Origin: Octopus sinensis
Taxonomy: Eukaryota
Direction: 5' to 3'
Assembly: GCF_006345805.1 (NCBI RefSeq)
Contig: NC_043016.1
Coordinates: 15,996,001 to 16,060,000, forward strand
DNA: 64,000 nt
Both the position numbers and the translations under genes were made by a program. Shown here one piece after another: positions 12,662 through 24,695 of this stretch (within the stretch, counting starts at the first letter, position 1; each line of letters opens with the position of its first letter). The notes under the pieces were generated by a model. The model did no database searches and was not told the DNA's origin. It saw nothing but the letters and a program-made list of their open reading frames with translations.

Positions 12662-15600
12662 TATATATACACACACACACACACACAATGGGTTTTTAGC
12701 ATTCATTTTTTGATGCTTGCATGGGTTAGATGGAGTTTATTGAAGCAGATTTTCAAGGACCAGATGCTCCTCCTGTCACCTGTTTCCAAGTAAAGTAATA
12801 TTTTCTCATGACCGATGGAATTTCACAGAACTTTGGAAACAAAGGACACCACTTCCATTACAGTAACAGTCATTTTACAACTATCATGTAATGTGGAAAG
12901 CAAAGAGGCAATAAAACACACACACACACACACCAGCATGCACACACACACACACACAAACAGGCTTCTTTCAGTCCATCTACCAAAACCACTCACAAGG
13001 CTTTGGTCAGCTTGAAACTATAGTAGAAGACACTCACCCAAGGTGCCATACAGTGGGAGTGAACCCAGAACCATGTGGTTGGGAAACAAACTTCATGCCA
13101 CCCAGCCACACCTGCACCTGTATGTATTTGCACTATCTAAACAGTGTTTTGTTTTGTGGGAGATAGGATTTAAAGAAGAATGGTTCACAGTTGGAGTTTC
13201 TTTTTCCTTTACAAATCTAATATTGCTCAAGATTGGATTAATAGTAAAATATAGACAAAATGTGCCCCAGCATGGGCCGCAGTGTAATGACTGAAACAAG
13301 TAAAAGATATACCTCATTCTGTCCTTGAATGATCATACACAAACCAACAGAGATGATAATAAAATCACAAATAGTACTGATTACACGAATACTGACTGTG
13401 GTCATGTCATAGCAATTTCTGTTTTGTTGCTTTGGATGTGCAGTTGCCATATTTAAATCTACAGAATGTCTAAATGAATTTCTGAGCAAGAGAAAGGACT
13501 GAACATGCAAATTTAATTTACCAACTGAACTTCATGCTTTAGTTACTGGTCTACTGTTCCAGCATGGCCTCGATATATTAAAAAAGAAAAGGGGAGATAA
13601 ATGCTCAAATACATTAAAATCACAACACTATTGTCTTTAGATTAAAACTAAGGCATAATTGACAAAATCATGGTTCTAGGTTCAAACTTTGGCCCAGTTC
13701 AGGTGGAGTATCACAAAATGATTGGAGATATCAATATCACATCCAAGATGAGGAAATGTGAGCATTTTAAATGTTTCTTCATGAAATTGACGAGAGAGAG
13801 AAAGTGTGTGTGTGTGCGTGTGCTAGAGTTATATTTCAAACCTGCCAGAGGCTAACTACTGAATATATTTCTGTTTTACAAACAGCTCTGGGATTAGTAG
13901 TACAGTGGTTAGAATGAGAAGAGTTAGGTAGGACATTGACTTCTACAACAGCGAAGTTTGTCTAAGAATTTCTCTAACAGAGAGAGAAAGAGAGAGATGG
14001 TTATATGTTCAGTGGATGTTTGAATGGGTTGGTGGTGTGCAGGTCATCTAACTACAAAGCTCCCATTCCAATATACTTCTGTGAATTAAAAGGAGATTGC
14101 AAACCATGTAAAGATAGCAAGTAATCATTTATACTCCATTATTTTAACACCAGTTTTATCAGATTACATACAGCTTTGCAGCCTGAGATTATCCCTAATC
14201 AAGTAGAAGGTATACAAATCTTTTCTAAATTACCAACAAAGTTCAGAACCAATGCCAATTTTGGTGATGGAAGGACATTGCAGCTAATATTGACAGTTAA
14301 TTTGATGCCAACACCTTGTTGAGCTCAAGTTAACAACATAGATTGACTTCCTGGAAATGGAAGCCAAATCTCCCTCAAATCAAATTCTACTGTTTCAGAA
14401 AAAGACATTTTATAGTCTTAATTTTTTAAAGGTGTCTATGGCACCCGTAGCCTTTGTAAACCTCCAAGACTGGTGAGATTAATGCTGTTAATGTTTCCCT
14501 TGAATCTTTGCAAGAATGACATGAGGTGGGAGGGGAATCCAGAAGAGTGACATTTTGGGGAAGAAGGACTGGATGTAGTGATCAATGTTGGGCTAGAGAG
14601 GCAGCAGACTCAAATGGTAGAAAGCCAGGCAATATTACCATACAGAATTGAATCATTAAATGAACCTCTGTGTGATTATTCCATCTGCAAAAGTAGCAGC
14701 CCCGCCCCTCAGGTAACACCTGTTTTAAAAACAACATATTGCATACTGTGGTCCTTAGATTCCTCTGCACACAGGGAAAAAAATGTGATGGTTATGGCTG
14801 GAATGCTTTTAGTTATAGATTTGCTCAATCAAGGCTTACTTGGGACTGAACAAAATGTTTGGCCAATGAAACAGCTTTTACATGATTAATAAAACTTGCT
14901 AGAAATAGTAGCCGAGTCAATCTTTGATAATTGGTTAATGTAGTCTTATATACACCTAAATGATTTGTTTTTATAAGTCTGGTTATTCAAAGTTGATCTG
15001 GGAATTCATAACCTTACAGTAACAAAGAAAAATAAAAGTGTAATTAAAAAAAAAAAAAGATATCTTAGATTGTAGGTGTGCTTGATCATGACCAATCTGA
15101 AGCTAAAGAACAGCCATGCTCAAAAATATTCCACATTCTCTATTAAAAAAATTCTGCTGGATGTTTCATTTCATCTTTGCAGAAGAAATTTCAAAAAATC
15201 TACCAGTTATATTCTAGGACCAAATCCACTGTTGCTAAATTGTAGAGAATGTCAAGAACTAAAGTAGCTACTTTCATTTAAACAAACTTCTGAAAATTTC
15301 TTTCCGTTATTTTGAAAATTCAAACACTTTTGTTTGAGCAAATCTGCTTTTGAACAAATAAGGTAGTCGAAGGGTTAAGAATTTAATATTTTCTCACTTT
15401 GATGTTTCACATCATTTCTTCATTGCACTTGGCAGTTCCATATCATCTAACTACAGGCATTAAGAAACTGTTAAATCTATGGTGCCACAATGAAAGACAA
15501 AATAACCCCCAAGAATCCCAAAAGTGATCGACAGAATGTTTGACTTTCACTCATTAACATTGCTCAAACATTAATGGAGAATTTTCCAGTTAAAAAAAAA

Positions 15601-16551
15601 AGGGGGAGTGTGGGTGTATAGTCATGTAGGTGATGACGGGAGACTTAAAGAAAGCATAAAAGACTAAATGATACCACAGTGCCATTGAAACGAAATAAAA
15701 GCCGTTCTCAACATTGCAGAACATATTTGTCATAAATTATAGTTTATAGTCACATTTTCAAAAGAAGAAAAAAAGCTAATAAAAAAAAAAAATGGCATTA
15801 GGTGATTAGCATGGGAATATGAAAAAAAACCCCAACAAAAGCAAAAAAAACCAAAACAAACTACAAGGTTGATAAGCTCTTTTATATGTCAACCCCTCAC
15901 TCACTCACCATCAGACTTTGGTTATTTTTCTATTTCTAATACATCAAGCAATTATATCCTTTCAGAGTAGCTGGGATATTGCACTCAATTATCGGCAATT
16001 TGAGATGGGAGTTAAAGGATCTGTTCGTACATAATTAAAATTAACAGTTTAGGGAGACAGGGAAGCAACGTAGAAAACAAGGGCACAAACCAACTCTCTT
16101 ATTTGCTGCCACAAATCAACGTGAGTGAAGGTTATTAACTAAATTCAGTTTTCGAAGAATATATTTATCAGACAACAATAAAAATATTTGGGAAAGATGA
16201 AATTTAAAGGATTAGGGGAAGGGAAAGAAATTCCCTATCGTTCAAATGTTATTAGAAATTCCAATTTAATATTGAAATAAATTGTATGATCAATTCATTT
16301 TAAATATAAGGGATAGATGAGAGTCTGAAGGAAACTGAAAAAAACCCCCAAAAAACAAAAAATGAATAAAAGATTTTCAAATATAAGGTTTAGAGGAGGA
16401 GTTAAACCAAATGATAAAATTTAGGGGGGAAGTTGCAGCCAGGTTTTTTTTTTTTTGACGTAGGAGAGAAATTGAGATACAGCATTGTTTTACATCCTCT
16501 GTAAACTTTTTCCTGAAGAATGATGATCTGAATGTTGGATTTTCCACTCAC

Positions 16552-16587
16552 CGTAGAAAGTTCACTGAATTCTTTTTGTCAATTTTA
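16552..16587 (-). CDS. PPP4R4: Candidate 36-nt phase-2/phase-2 small exon of PPP4R4
   Basis: ttattatttag acceptor and CG|gtgagt donor. Encodes KIDKKNSVNFL(R), loosely like human SDIERAVYLLS. Joins 55479 and 12291 in frame. Confidence 0.45.
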
Positions 16588-17131
16588 CTAAATAATAATA
16601 CTTGTCTAACCAACAGAGACCAACACCAATTGGGAAGTTAACCAAACTATAAGCTGTAGAAACACTGCCAGATCAGACTGGAGCCTGGTGCAGCCTTCTG
16701 GCTTCCCAGATCCCCGGTCGAACCATCCAACCCATGCTAGCATGGAGAACGGACATTAAACGATGATGATGATGATAAGGTTCAGGTAACTAAAAATATG
16801 GTAAGAAATAACAAATCTTTACAAAATAAAATGGTTAGTTTAAATCACAATATTAATTATGGTTTGGTGAAATCAAGGGAATAGTTCTAATGTGAAAGAT
16901 AACTTATATATTATGCTCTATTTAGTTACTTTGGTCTTCTCAGGCTGATGATTAAATCAATCATTCAATATATATATACTATATATATATATATTACTTA
17001 TATATTGATCATTCATTTTTATACTTTTTGAGATCTAGTTATATATTTTATAAAAATATATTCTATTTGTTATTTATGTTTTGGTTTATGTCTATCACTG
17101 AGTTGCATAATAGTGGTTTTATCTCATATAT

Positions 17132-17165
<34 letters not shown>

Positions 17166-17329
17166 ATAATAAATATTAGGGAATATATCCAATTTACAGG
17201 GAAAAAAAATCAGATTTAGGATTAAATCCAATTTTATAGTAAAATATTATAAAATATTATTTGAGACAAAACCACTATTTTGCAAAACAACAAGGAAAGA
17301 CTTAATCAATACATAAAATTTAATAAATA

Positions 17330-19135
17330 GTCAAAAAAAACCGCCACTACAATCGTTTCTTGTCTTGATCGACAATCTTCAGGTGGACTTCCAATCTAAA
17401 AAATCAAAATTTTAAAATATAAAATAATACTTTTAAATAATTAAAGTATAAATGAAAAAATATAAGTATATAATCCATATATAACCTATATATAATCCAT
17501 ATCGAAAATATAGACTAATTACCACGAATTCCCTAAAAAAACCATGATAAAACAAAACTCTTAAAAACATATAACGATAAAATCTCCCTTTGCTAAACTC
17601 TATAACAAACCTATAAAGTAAACCCCCTAACCTAAACATTCACACACAAATACACACACGTAAACCACAGACTCACGACTTATACACATACCTATACTAA
17701 CTTATAAACCTCAATATACACCAAAAACCACTCCCTCCCCACACAGACAAATTAACACATACATCCCAAAACCTAAATAACAAACCCATATACACATTCA
17801 CACACAAAACACACACTCACACGCAAAACACTCACACACAAAAGATACATATACTCCCTCACATATACGCCTATACATACTCACTAAAACTCGACATATA
17901 CAACAATACTTACACACCCACAAAAAACATTATATACATTTATGAGCTTTAACTCACCTTAGCATCTCTAACAAACAACTTGCAGTAACCCAATCCCATT
18001 CTCTATGCCTACCTCACTACTACACTATTCCATTCACATTCCAAGCAACGCTAGTCCACCACCCGGTTATTCACGTGGCAAAACGAACACCACTCAAAAA
18101 TTATGAATGAAACAATGTAAAAAAATAACCAACACCTAAAATAGACAAAATACCACGAATTACCTAAAAAAACCATGATAAACCAAAACTCATAAAAGCA
18201 TATAACGATAAAATCTCCCTTTACTAAACCCTATAACAAACTTATATAGCAATCCCCCTAACCTAAACATTCACACACAAAAAACCCACACGTAAACCAC
18301 AGACCCAGACTTATACACAACCTATACTAACTTATAAACCTCAATATACACCAAAAACCACTCCCTCCCCATACAGACAAATTAACACATACATCCCAAA
18401 TCCTAAATAACAAACCCAAATACACATTCACACACAAACACACACACACGCAAAACACACACACACAACAGATACATATGCTCCCTCACATATACGCATA
18501 TACATACTCACTAAAACTCGATATATACAACAATATTTACACCCACACTCATACAGATAAATAAATTAATTATACAATAAAAACTCACAACCAATCTCAT
18601 ATACATAAACACTCTTATGAAAACAACAATAAATACATCGTAATTAACCAGAATATCAAAATAACATTATGACATAAGGATAAATCAAATACATACTTAC
18701 AATTCAGTTACAAATTATGAAGTGAAATTAGATTCTTAGCCGTTAAAAAACCAAACAAAATTACGTTACCATGGAAATAACTAATGTAAAAAAAGAATAC
18801 GCGCCATAGAAAGTAAACGTCATTCATAGTATGAATGGAGAAATATAATAAATGGAACTAAAAACTATTTCCACGTAGCAAACCAACGCTACTTAAAAAA
18901 AATTTATTATGAATGGATTCTTTAAAAACTATCATGAAAAATCAATTATATACATTTATGAGCTTTAGCTCACCCTAGCAACTCTAACAAACAACTTACA
19001 GTAACCCATACTCAATGCCTACCTCATTACCACCCTAATCCATTCACAATTCCAAGCAACACTAGTCCACCACCCTGTTACAATTCCCAACTCTACCCAT
19101 TCATTCACAATTTCAACGACGTTCCCTTCAACACA
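17330..19135 (+). mobile_element. Penelope-like element relic with internal direct repeats
   Basis: Direct repeats at 17520-17920/18151-18546 and 17929-18064/18945-19075, on a very G-poor plus strand. A degraded GIY-YIG-type C-terminal motif at ~18700-18910 resembles NK.NEL.STC.H.RYL. The hammerhead sits at the left end. Confidence 0.5.
17344..17386 (-). ncRNA. Minimal type I hammerhead ribozyme motif
   Basis: Minus strand reads CCAC-CUGAAGA-UUGUC gaucaa GACAA-GAAAC gauu GUA-GUGG. Both core boxes are present, with a 5-bp stem II, a 4-bp stem I and a GUA triplet. Confidence 0.7.
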
Positions 19136-19407
19136 CACACACACATTCTGAGTTTAAATCCCGCTGAGGTCAACTTTGCCTTTCATCCATTTGGGGTTGA
19201 TAAAATAATAAAGTACGAGTGAAGTACTGGGGGTCAGTGTGATTGACTTGTTCTCTCTCCTCAAAAATGCAAGGCTTGAATCCTACAAGAGACTAGCACC
19301 CTATTCAGAGGAAATGTGATCGGATCAATAATATGTCATAGGAACCAGGTAAGCAATCTTATAAGTTCTAGTTACCAATAAAAAAAAGTATATATATATA
19401 ATGTATC

Positions 19408-20160
19408 ATCATTGTTTAACGTCTACTTTCCACGCTGGCATGGATTGGATGGTTTGACTGAGGTCTGGAAAACCAGTGGCTGCACCAAGCTCCAATCTGA
19501 TCTGGCAAGGTTTCTACAGCTAGATGCCCTTCCTAATGCCAACCACACCGAGAGTGTAGTGGGTGCTTTTTACGTGCCACCGGCATGGGAGCCAGTCAGA
19601 GGGCACTGGCATTGGCTACGTTTGGATGGTGCTTTTTATGTGCCTCTGGCACAGAAGCCAGTCAGGTCGACCTGGCATTGATCACGTTTGGATGATGTCT
19701 TTTACATGCCACCTGCACGGGAGTCAGTCAGGGGGTACTGGCATTTGGATGATGTCTTTTACATGTCACTGGAAGGGGAGCCAGTCAGGGGCACTGCCTA
19801 CGTTTGGATGGTGCTTTTTATGTGCCTCTGGCACAGAAGCCAGTCAGGTAGACCTGGCATTGATCACGTTTGGATTATGTCTTTTACATGCCACCTGCAC
19901 GGGAGTCAGTCAGGGGGTACTGGCATTGACGGCATTTGGGTGATGTCTTTTACATGTCACTGGAAGGGGAGCCAGTCAGGGGGCACTGGCCACTGCTATG
20001 TTTTTGGTTTTACTTGACTCAACAGGTCTTCTCAAGCATATCATATTGCCTGACGCATCAAAGGTACTTTTAAATGGGCTGGACATGCAACACTGGCATC
20101 AGTCATGGCTGCAATCTCACTTTAGTTGCTGGGTCTTCTCAATCACAGCATATCTCCAAA
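19408..20160 (-). mobile_element. RTE 3' UTR fragment with expanded ~60-bp tandem repeats
   Basis: Same terminal motif as 40410-40570, plus seven units containing gccagtcagg...ttttacatg at 19563-19990. Confidence 0.75.
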
Positions 20161-21988
20161 GCTAACCCTAATTTTCACCTTTAAAGGTATTTTAATATGT
20201 TGGCCACTTGGTGAAATTTTTGAAAAAAATTTTATCCTATATTAGAAGCAAATATATATATATATTTCGTTTTTGTATTTGGCTTGCAAGATTCTTTATA
20301 TGAGTTCATGTGTTGAAGCACATTATGTTGTGTCTGGGGCGCAAAAAGAAAATGACTCTCCCCAGATGCAACAGTATATATATATATATATATAGGAAAT
20401 AGTGACACAACAAGGCACCAATATTTGCTGGAAATAACAGTCGATAACTGTATGATGCTATGTAAAGCTTCACTAAATGTATAGAGGCAAAGAAGATGTG
20501 TGCGGATGGTGAGCATAAAAAATTTTGTCTTACTTCTAGGAAGAATGCTAGATAAATGGACACCCTAGAATGGATAACCTAGTACTCGAGTTTCGGACTT
20601 TCCAGAATACGTTATCATAAATCTGGTTAGTTTTCTTCAGCTAGGTTCATTGAAGACAAAATTTAAAATATCCGCTACATAAATGCCAGTATATTTGGCT
20701 GATATGCCTAGCCACAAACAGAACTGAGATCAGTGAAAAAGCTTTATGTAAAAATTATAAATAGTATTGCAATACAATGGTATTATTTTCCAGCTAAAAA
20801 AATCGTAAAGGTAGAATTCTTATATATATATATCATCATCATCATCATCATCATTTAGTGTCCGTTTTCCATGCTAGCATGGGTTGGACGGTTCTACTGG
20901 GGTCTGTGAAGCCAGAAGGCTTCATCAGGCCCAGTCAAATCTGGCAGTGTTTCTACGGCTGGATGCCCTTCCTAACGCCAACCACTCCGTGAGTGTAGTG
21001 GGTGCTTTTTACGTACCTTTTTTAAACCTATCAGTCTCTTTTGCTGAACCACTAAGTTACGGGGATGTAAATACATGAACATAGGTTGTTCAGTGGTGAT
21101 GGGAGGTGGGGTGGCATACACACAGACACATGCGATGGGCTTCTTCCAGTTTCCATCTACCAAATCCACTCACAAGGCTTTGGTTGACCCAAAGTTACAG
21201 TAGAAAACATTTTTCCAAGGTGCCAAGCAGTGGGACTGAACCCAGAACTATGTGGTTTGGAAGCAAGCTGCCTACTAACACACACAAAAATCTCACCAAT
21301 GCAAGGAAACTGAAAAATCATGCCTTTTTGAAACAAATTCCCTTGAGACATTACTTAGCATTTAGTTGATGAATGGGGCCCTATTATAAACCCTGTAATT
21401 AATGATGCTATTGCTTGTTGATTGCAATTACTGAATGTATCCTTTTTGTTTATCTTCATTACAACAGAATGTAATTTGGTAGATAATTAGCTGCTTTATC
21501 ATGCAGGTCATTTTTCTTTCTTTTATTTTTAAGTTTTTAATTTAAATGAGCAAAAGCAGTTTCCACCATTTTAAATTGATACAAAACAAGTATGGAATTG
21601 GAAATAATTAATCATCAATTAAACATTTTGTAAATAGTCCAATAATTGGCTGTGTCGTTAAGAAACTTGCTTTGCAATCATGTGATTTTGGTTTTAGTCC
21701 TACTGTGCTGCACCTTGGGCAGTTGTCTTCTACTCTAGCCCTGGATTGAGCAAAGCCTTGTGGTGGATTTGGTGAATGGAAACTGTGTGGAAGCCCATCA
21801 TATGTGTGTGTGTGTTTTGTGTTTGTACCTTCCTACCACTTGAGAACAGGTTGTTGGTTTGTTTATGTCCCTGTAACTTAGTGGTTTGGCAAATGATAGA
21901 GTAAGTATCAAACCTAGAATAAAAATACTGGGTCTGATATGTTTGACTAAACCCTGGCATGGCTGCAATCCAATGATAAAAGAATAAT

Positions 21989-22184
21989 ATATTAAAACAA
22001 AGTTAAAATCTGGTCATAGAGTGACCAATGGCTTTGTATCCATGAAAGCTACAGCCTTGTGGATAGCCAATCAGACTCTATAGTTGTCAATCAGACACAA
22101 TGGCTGTCCACAAGGCTGTAGCTTTTGTAGATACAAAACCACTGGTCACTCTACGACCAGACTTTAACTTTATGTTTCAATATT
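21989..22184. mobile_element. Hairpin MITE-like element: ~80-bp arms, ~31-nt loop
   Basis: aaagttaaaatctggtcatagagtgacc...gctacagccttgtggatagcca pairs with tggctgtccacaaggctgtagc...ggtcactctacgaccagactttaacttt. Confidence 0.8.
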
Positions 22185-22254
22185 TACTGCTCTATTCTTT
22201 AGAGCGTGCTTCTTATACTGATATATCTTATATTGACAAACAATATATATATAA

Positions 22255-23305
22255 GTAGGGGTTCACCAAGGATCAGTCCTTAGTCCCCTCTTATTCAACA
22301 GAGTCCTCCAGGCAATAACAAAGGAATTCAAGACAGGATGCCTCTGAGAGCTCCTCTATGCTGATGACCTTGCTCTAATAGCCGAGTCACTGCCAGAAGT
22401 ATAGACGAAGTTTAGGGGTGGAAACAAGGTCTAGAATTGAAGGGCCTTAGGGTTAACCTAGCAAAAACCAAAGTCTTAGTAAGTAGAGAGGCTGACAAAT
22501 CATAAAACCCTTCAGGTAGATGGCCCTGCTAAATCTGTAGGAAAGGCATGGGTAGAAACTCCATAACTTGTACCTGGCATAAGCTATGGACACATAAAAG
22601 GTGCAGCAATATCAAAGAAAGGTTAACCAGGAAGATAGCTTTTGTGTGTGGCAGATGCACAGGGGCAATAAACACCGAAAATGTACAGATTCCATCACAT
22701 GCCAAGGGGAAAAACTAGAAGTAGTTAATAGCTTCTGCTAGCTAGGTGACCAAGTCTGTAGTGGAGGTGGTTGCTCTGAGAGTGTAGCGACTAGAGTAAG
22801 AATAGCCTTGGTAAAGTTCAGGGAGTTCCTACCTCTGCTGGCAACTAAGAGCCTCTCACTCATGATGAAAGGTAGACTGTATGATGCATGTGTGCAAACT
22901 GCCATGCTACATGGAAGTGAAACATGGGCCATGAATGCTGAGGACATGTGTAGGCTTGAAAGAAATGAAGTTAGTTTGATCCGCTGGATGTGTAATGTCA
23001 GAGTGCATACATGACAGAGTGTAAGTGCCCTGAGAGAAAAGTTGGACATAACAAGCAGCAGATGTGGTGTGCAAGAGAGGCAACTGTGCTGGTATGGTCA
23101 TGTGTTAGGTGTGGATGAGGAGAGATGTGTGAAGATATGCCGCACCCTAACAGTGGAAGGAACATGTGGAAGAGGTAGACTGAGGAAGATATGAAATGAG
23201 GTGGTGAAGCATGTCCTTCGAACATTGGGCTTCACAAAGGCAATGACAGGAAACCAGGACCTTTGGAGATACACTGTGATTGAGAAGGCCCAGCAACTAA
23301 AGTGA
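22255..23305 (+). mobile_element. RTE-clade LINE, 5'-truncated reverse transcriptase remnant
   Basis: VGVHQGSVLSPLLF ... ELLYADDLALIAE ... MLHGSETWAM ... WYGHV ... GTCGRGR motifs, with stops and frameshifts. Confidence 0.92.
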
Positions 23306-24695
23306 GTGTTTTAAATCTGGGTTTAAGTCACATGTTTTATATATATATATATATATATAATCATACACCTTCTGGAAAGATGAGTGGTTTAAAAAGAAAA
23401 AATATTAGAATGTTGCCTTGGAATATTTGTTTTGGCTCTTTTTGAGTTCAAATCCTGTCAAAGTAAGCTTTGCCTTTCATCCTTTCTGGTTCAATAAAAT
23501 AAAGCACCAGTCTAAGATTGGGATGATGGAATCATTAGAGCAGTGGACAAAATGTTTTGTCCAAAATTGGTTCCAGCTCCTTAAGTTCTGTGTATCTGGG
23601 TAGTTGTGATGGATATGTTTTTAGCTAGATGACAAGATGGTGTCTTATAGTAAAAAGAAAAAAAAAAAGAAAAGTCAACTAAGAAATTAATGGTAAACCA
23701 TGTTTGTATTACCCCAGGTAAATTCCACAATTCATTTTTTTACCAGGGTACTACATGTCTGTTCAGTCTCTCCAGATAAGAACTCTTATGGAAGCAGAGT
23801 TGGCTGCAGTTAGTTTTAAAGTCTGAACACAGTGAACAAATGCTAAGAAGCATTCAATCTGATGCTGCCATGACTGACAACTTATGTCAAGGAAGTCATC
23901 AGCAATCATTTGGTACGAAGGGAGCGTGGTGGATTATTGAGACAAATTCTCTATGGCTAGATGCCCTTCCTGTTGCCAATCTTCATCTGTTTCCAAGCAA
24001 GGAAATATTTCCTTATGGCCAGACATAGTCTTGCAGAAGACTGAAAACAAAGGATACTGTTTGCATGACAATGACACACACTCACAATTATGATATATGA
24101 AAGCTAAGAGACGGTAACACACACACATAGATGCAAAGGGCTTCTTTCAGTTTCCATCTACCAAATCTACTCACTAAACTCTGGTTGGCTTGGGACTACA
24201 GAAGACATTTGCTCAAGATGCTAAGCAGTGAGAACCAGGAACCAAACTTCTTACCACATGCTCAAACCTGCATCTACATGACTTATTTTATCAACCATGG
24301 ATGGATGAAAGATAAAACTTAACGCAGTGGGATTTGAACTCAAAATTCAAGGTGGTTGTAATGAAATAAAGCAAGGCAATGCCTATGGTCTTGTAATTCT
24401 CACAACATTCACCACCTGGTAGGTGTTTAAGGGGGAAAGGCATATTTACAATTCTAAACCTTAAGATGACATGACCTACAGAAACTAAAAAGACAACACA
24501 CACACACACACACACAAGAACAATAAAAATAAAATGGTTAAAGCTAGAGGCATTGATTAGATGTTTCTATTGATCAGATTGGTTATCTCTTTGTTTGGGA
24601 TAGGATAGGCCTGCTTTAAGTAGAATAAGTAAAAGATAACTACTACAATAAAATAACAAAATAAAAATAGTCATCATACATAGTGAAGGTTTGTG

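Noticed and set aside
17480-19135. Possible mitochondrial insertion (control-region-like strand skew)
   Set aside because: No recognisable mitochondrial tRNA, rRNA or protein motif. The hammerhead and GIY-YIG-like remnant fit a Penelope element better. Not excluded without BLAST.
19563-20017. CRISPR-like regular repeats and overlapping 100-126 aa ORFs
   Set aside because: Eukaryotic context, no unique spacers and no cas genes. The ORFs are by-products of the tandem repeat.
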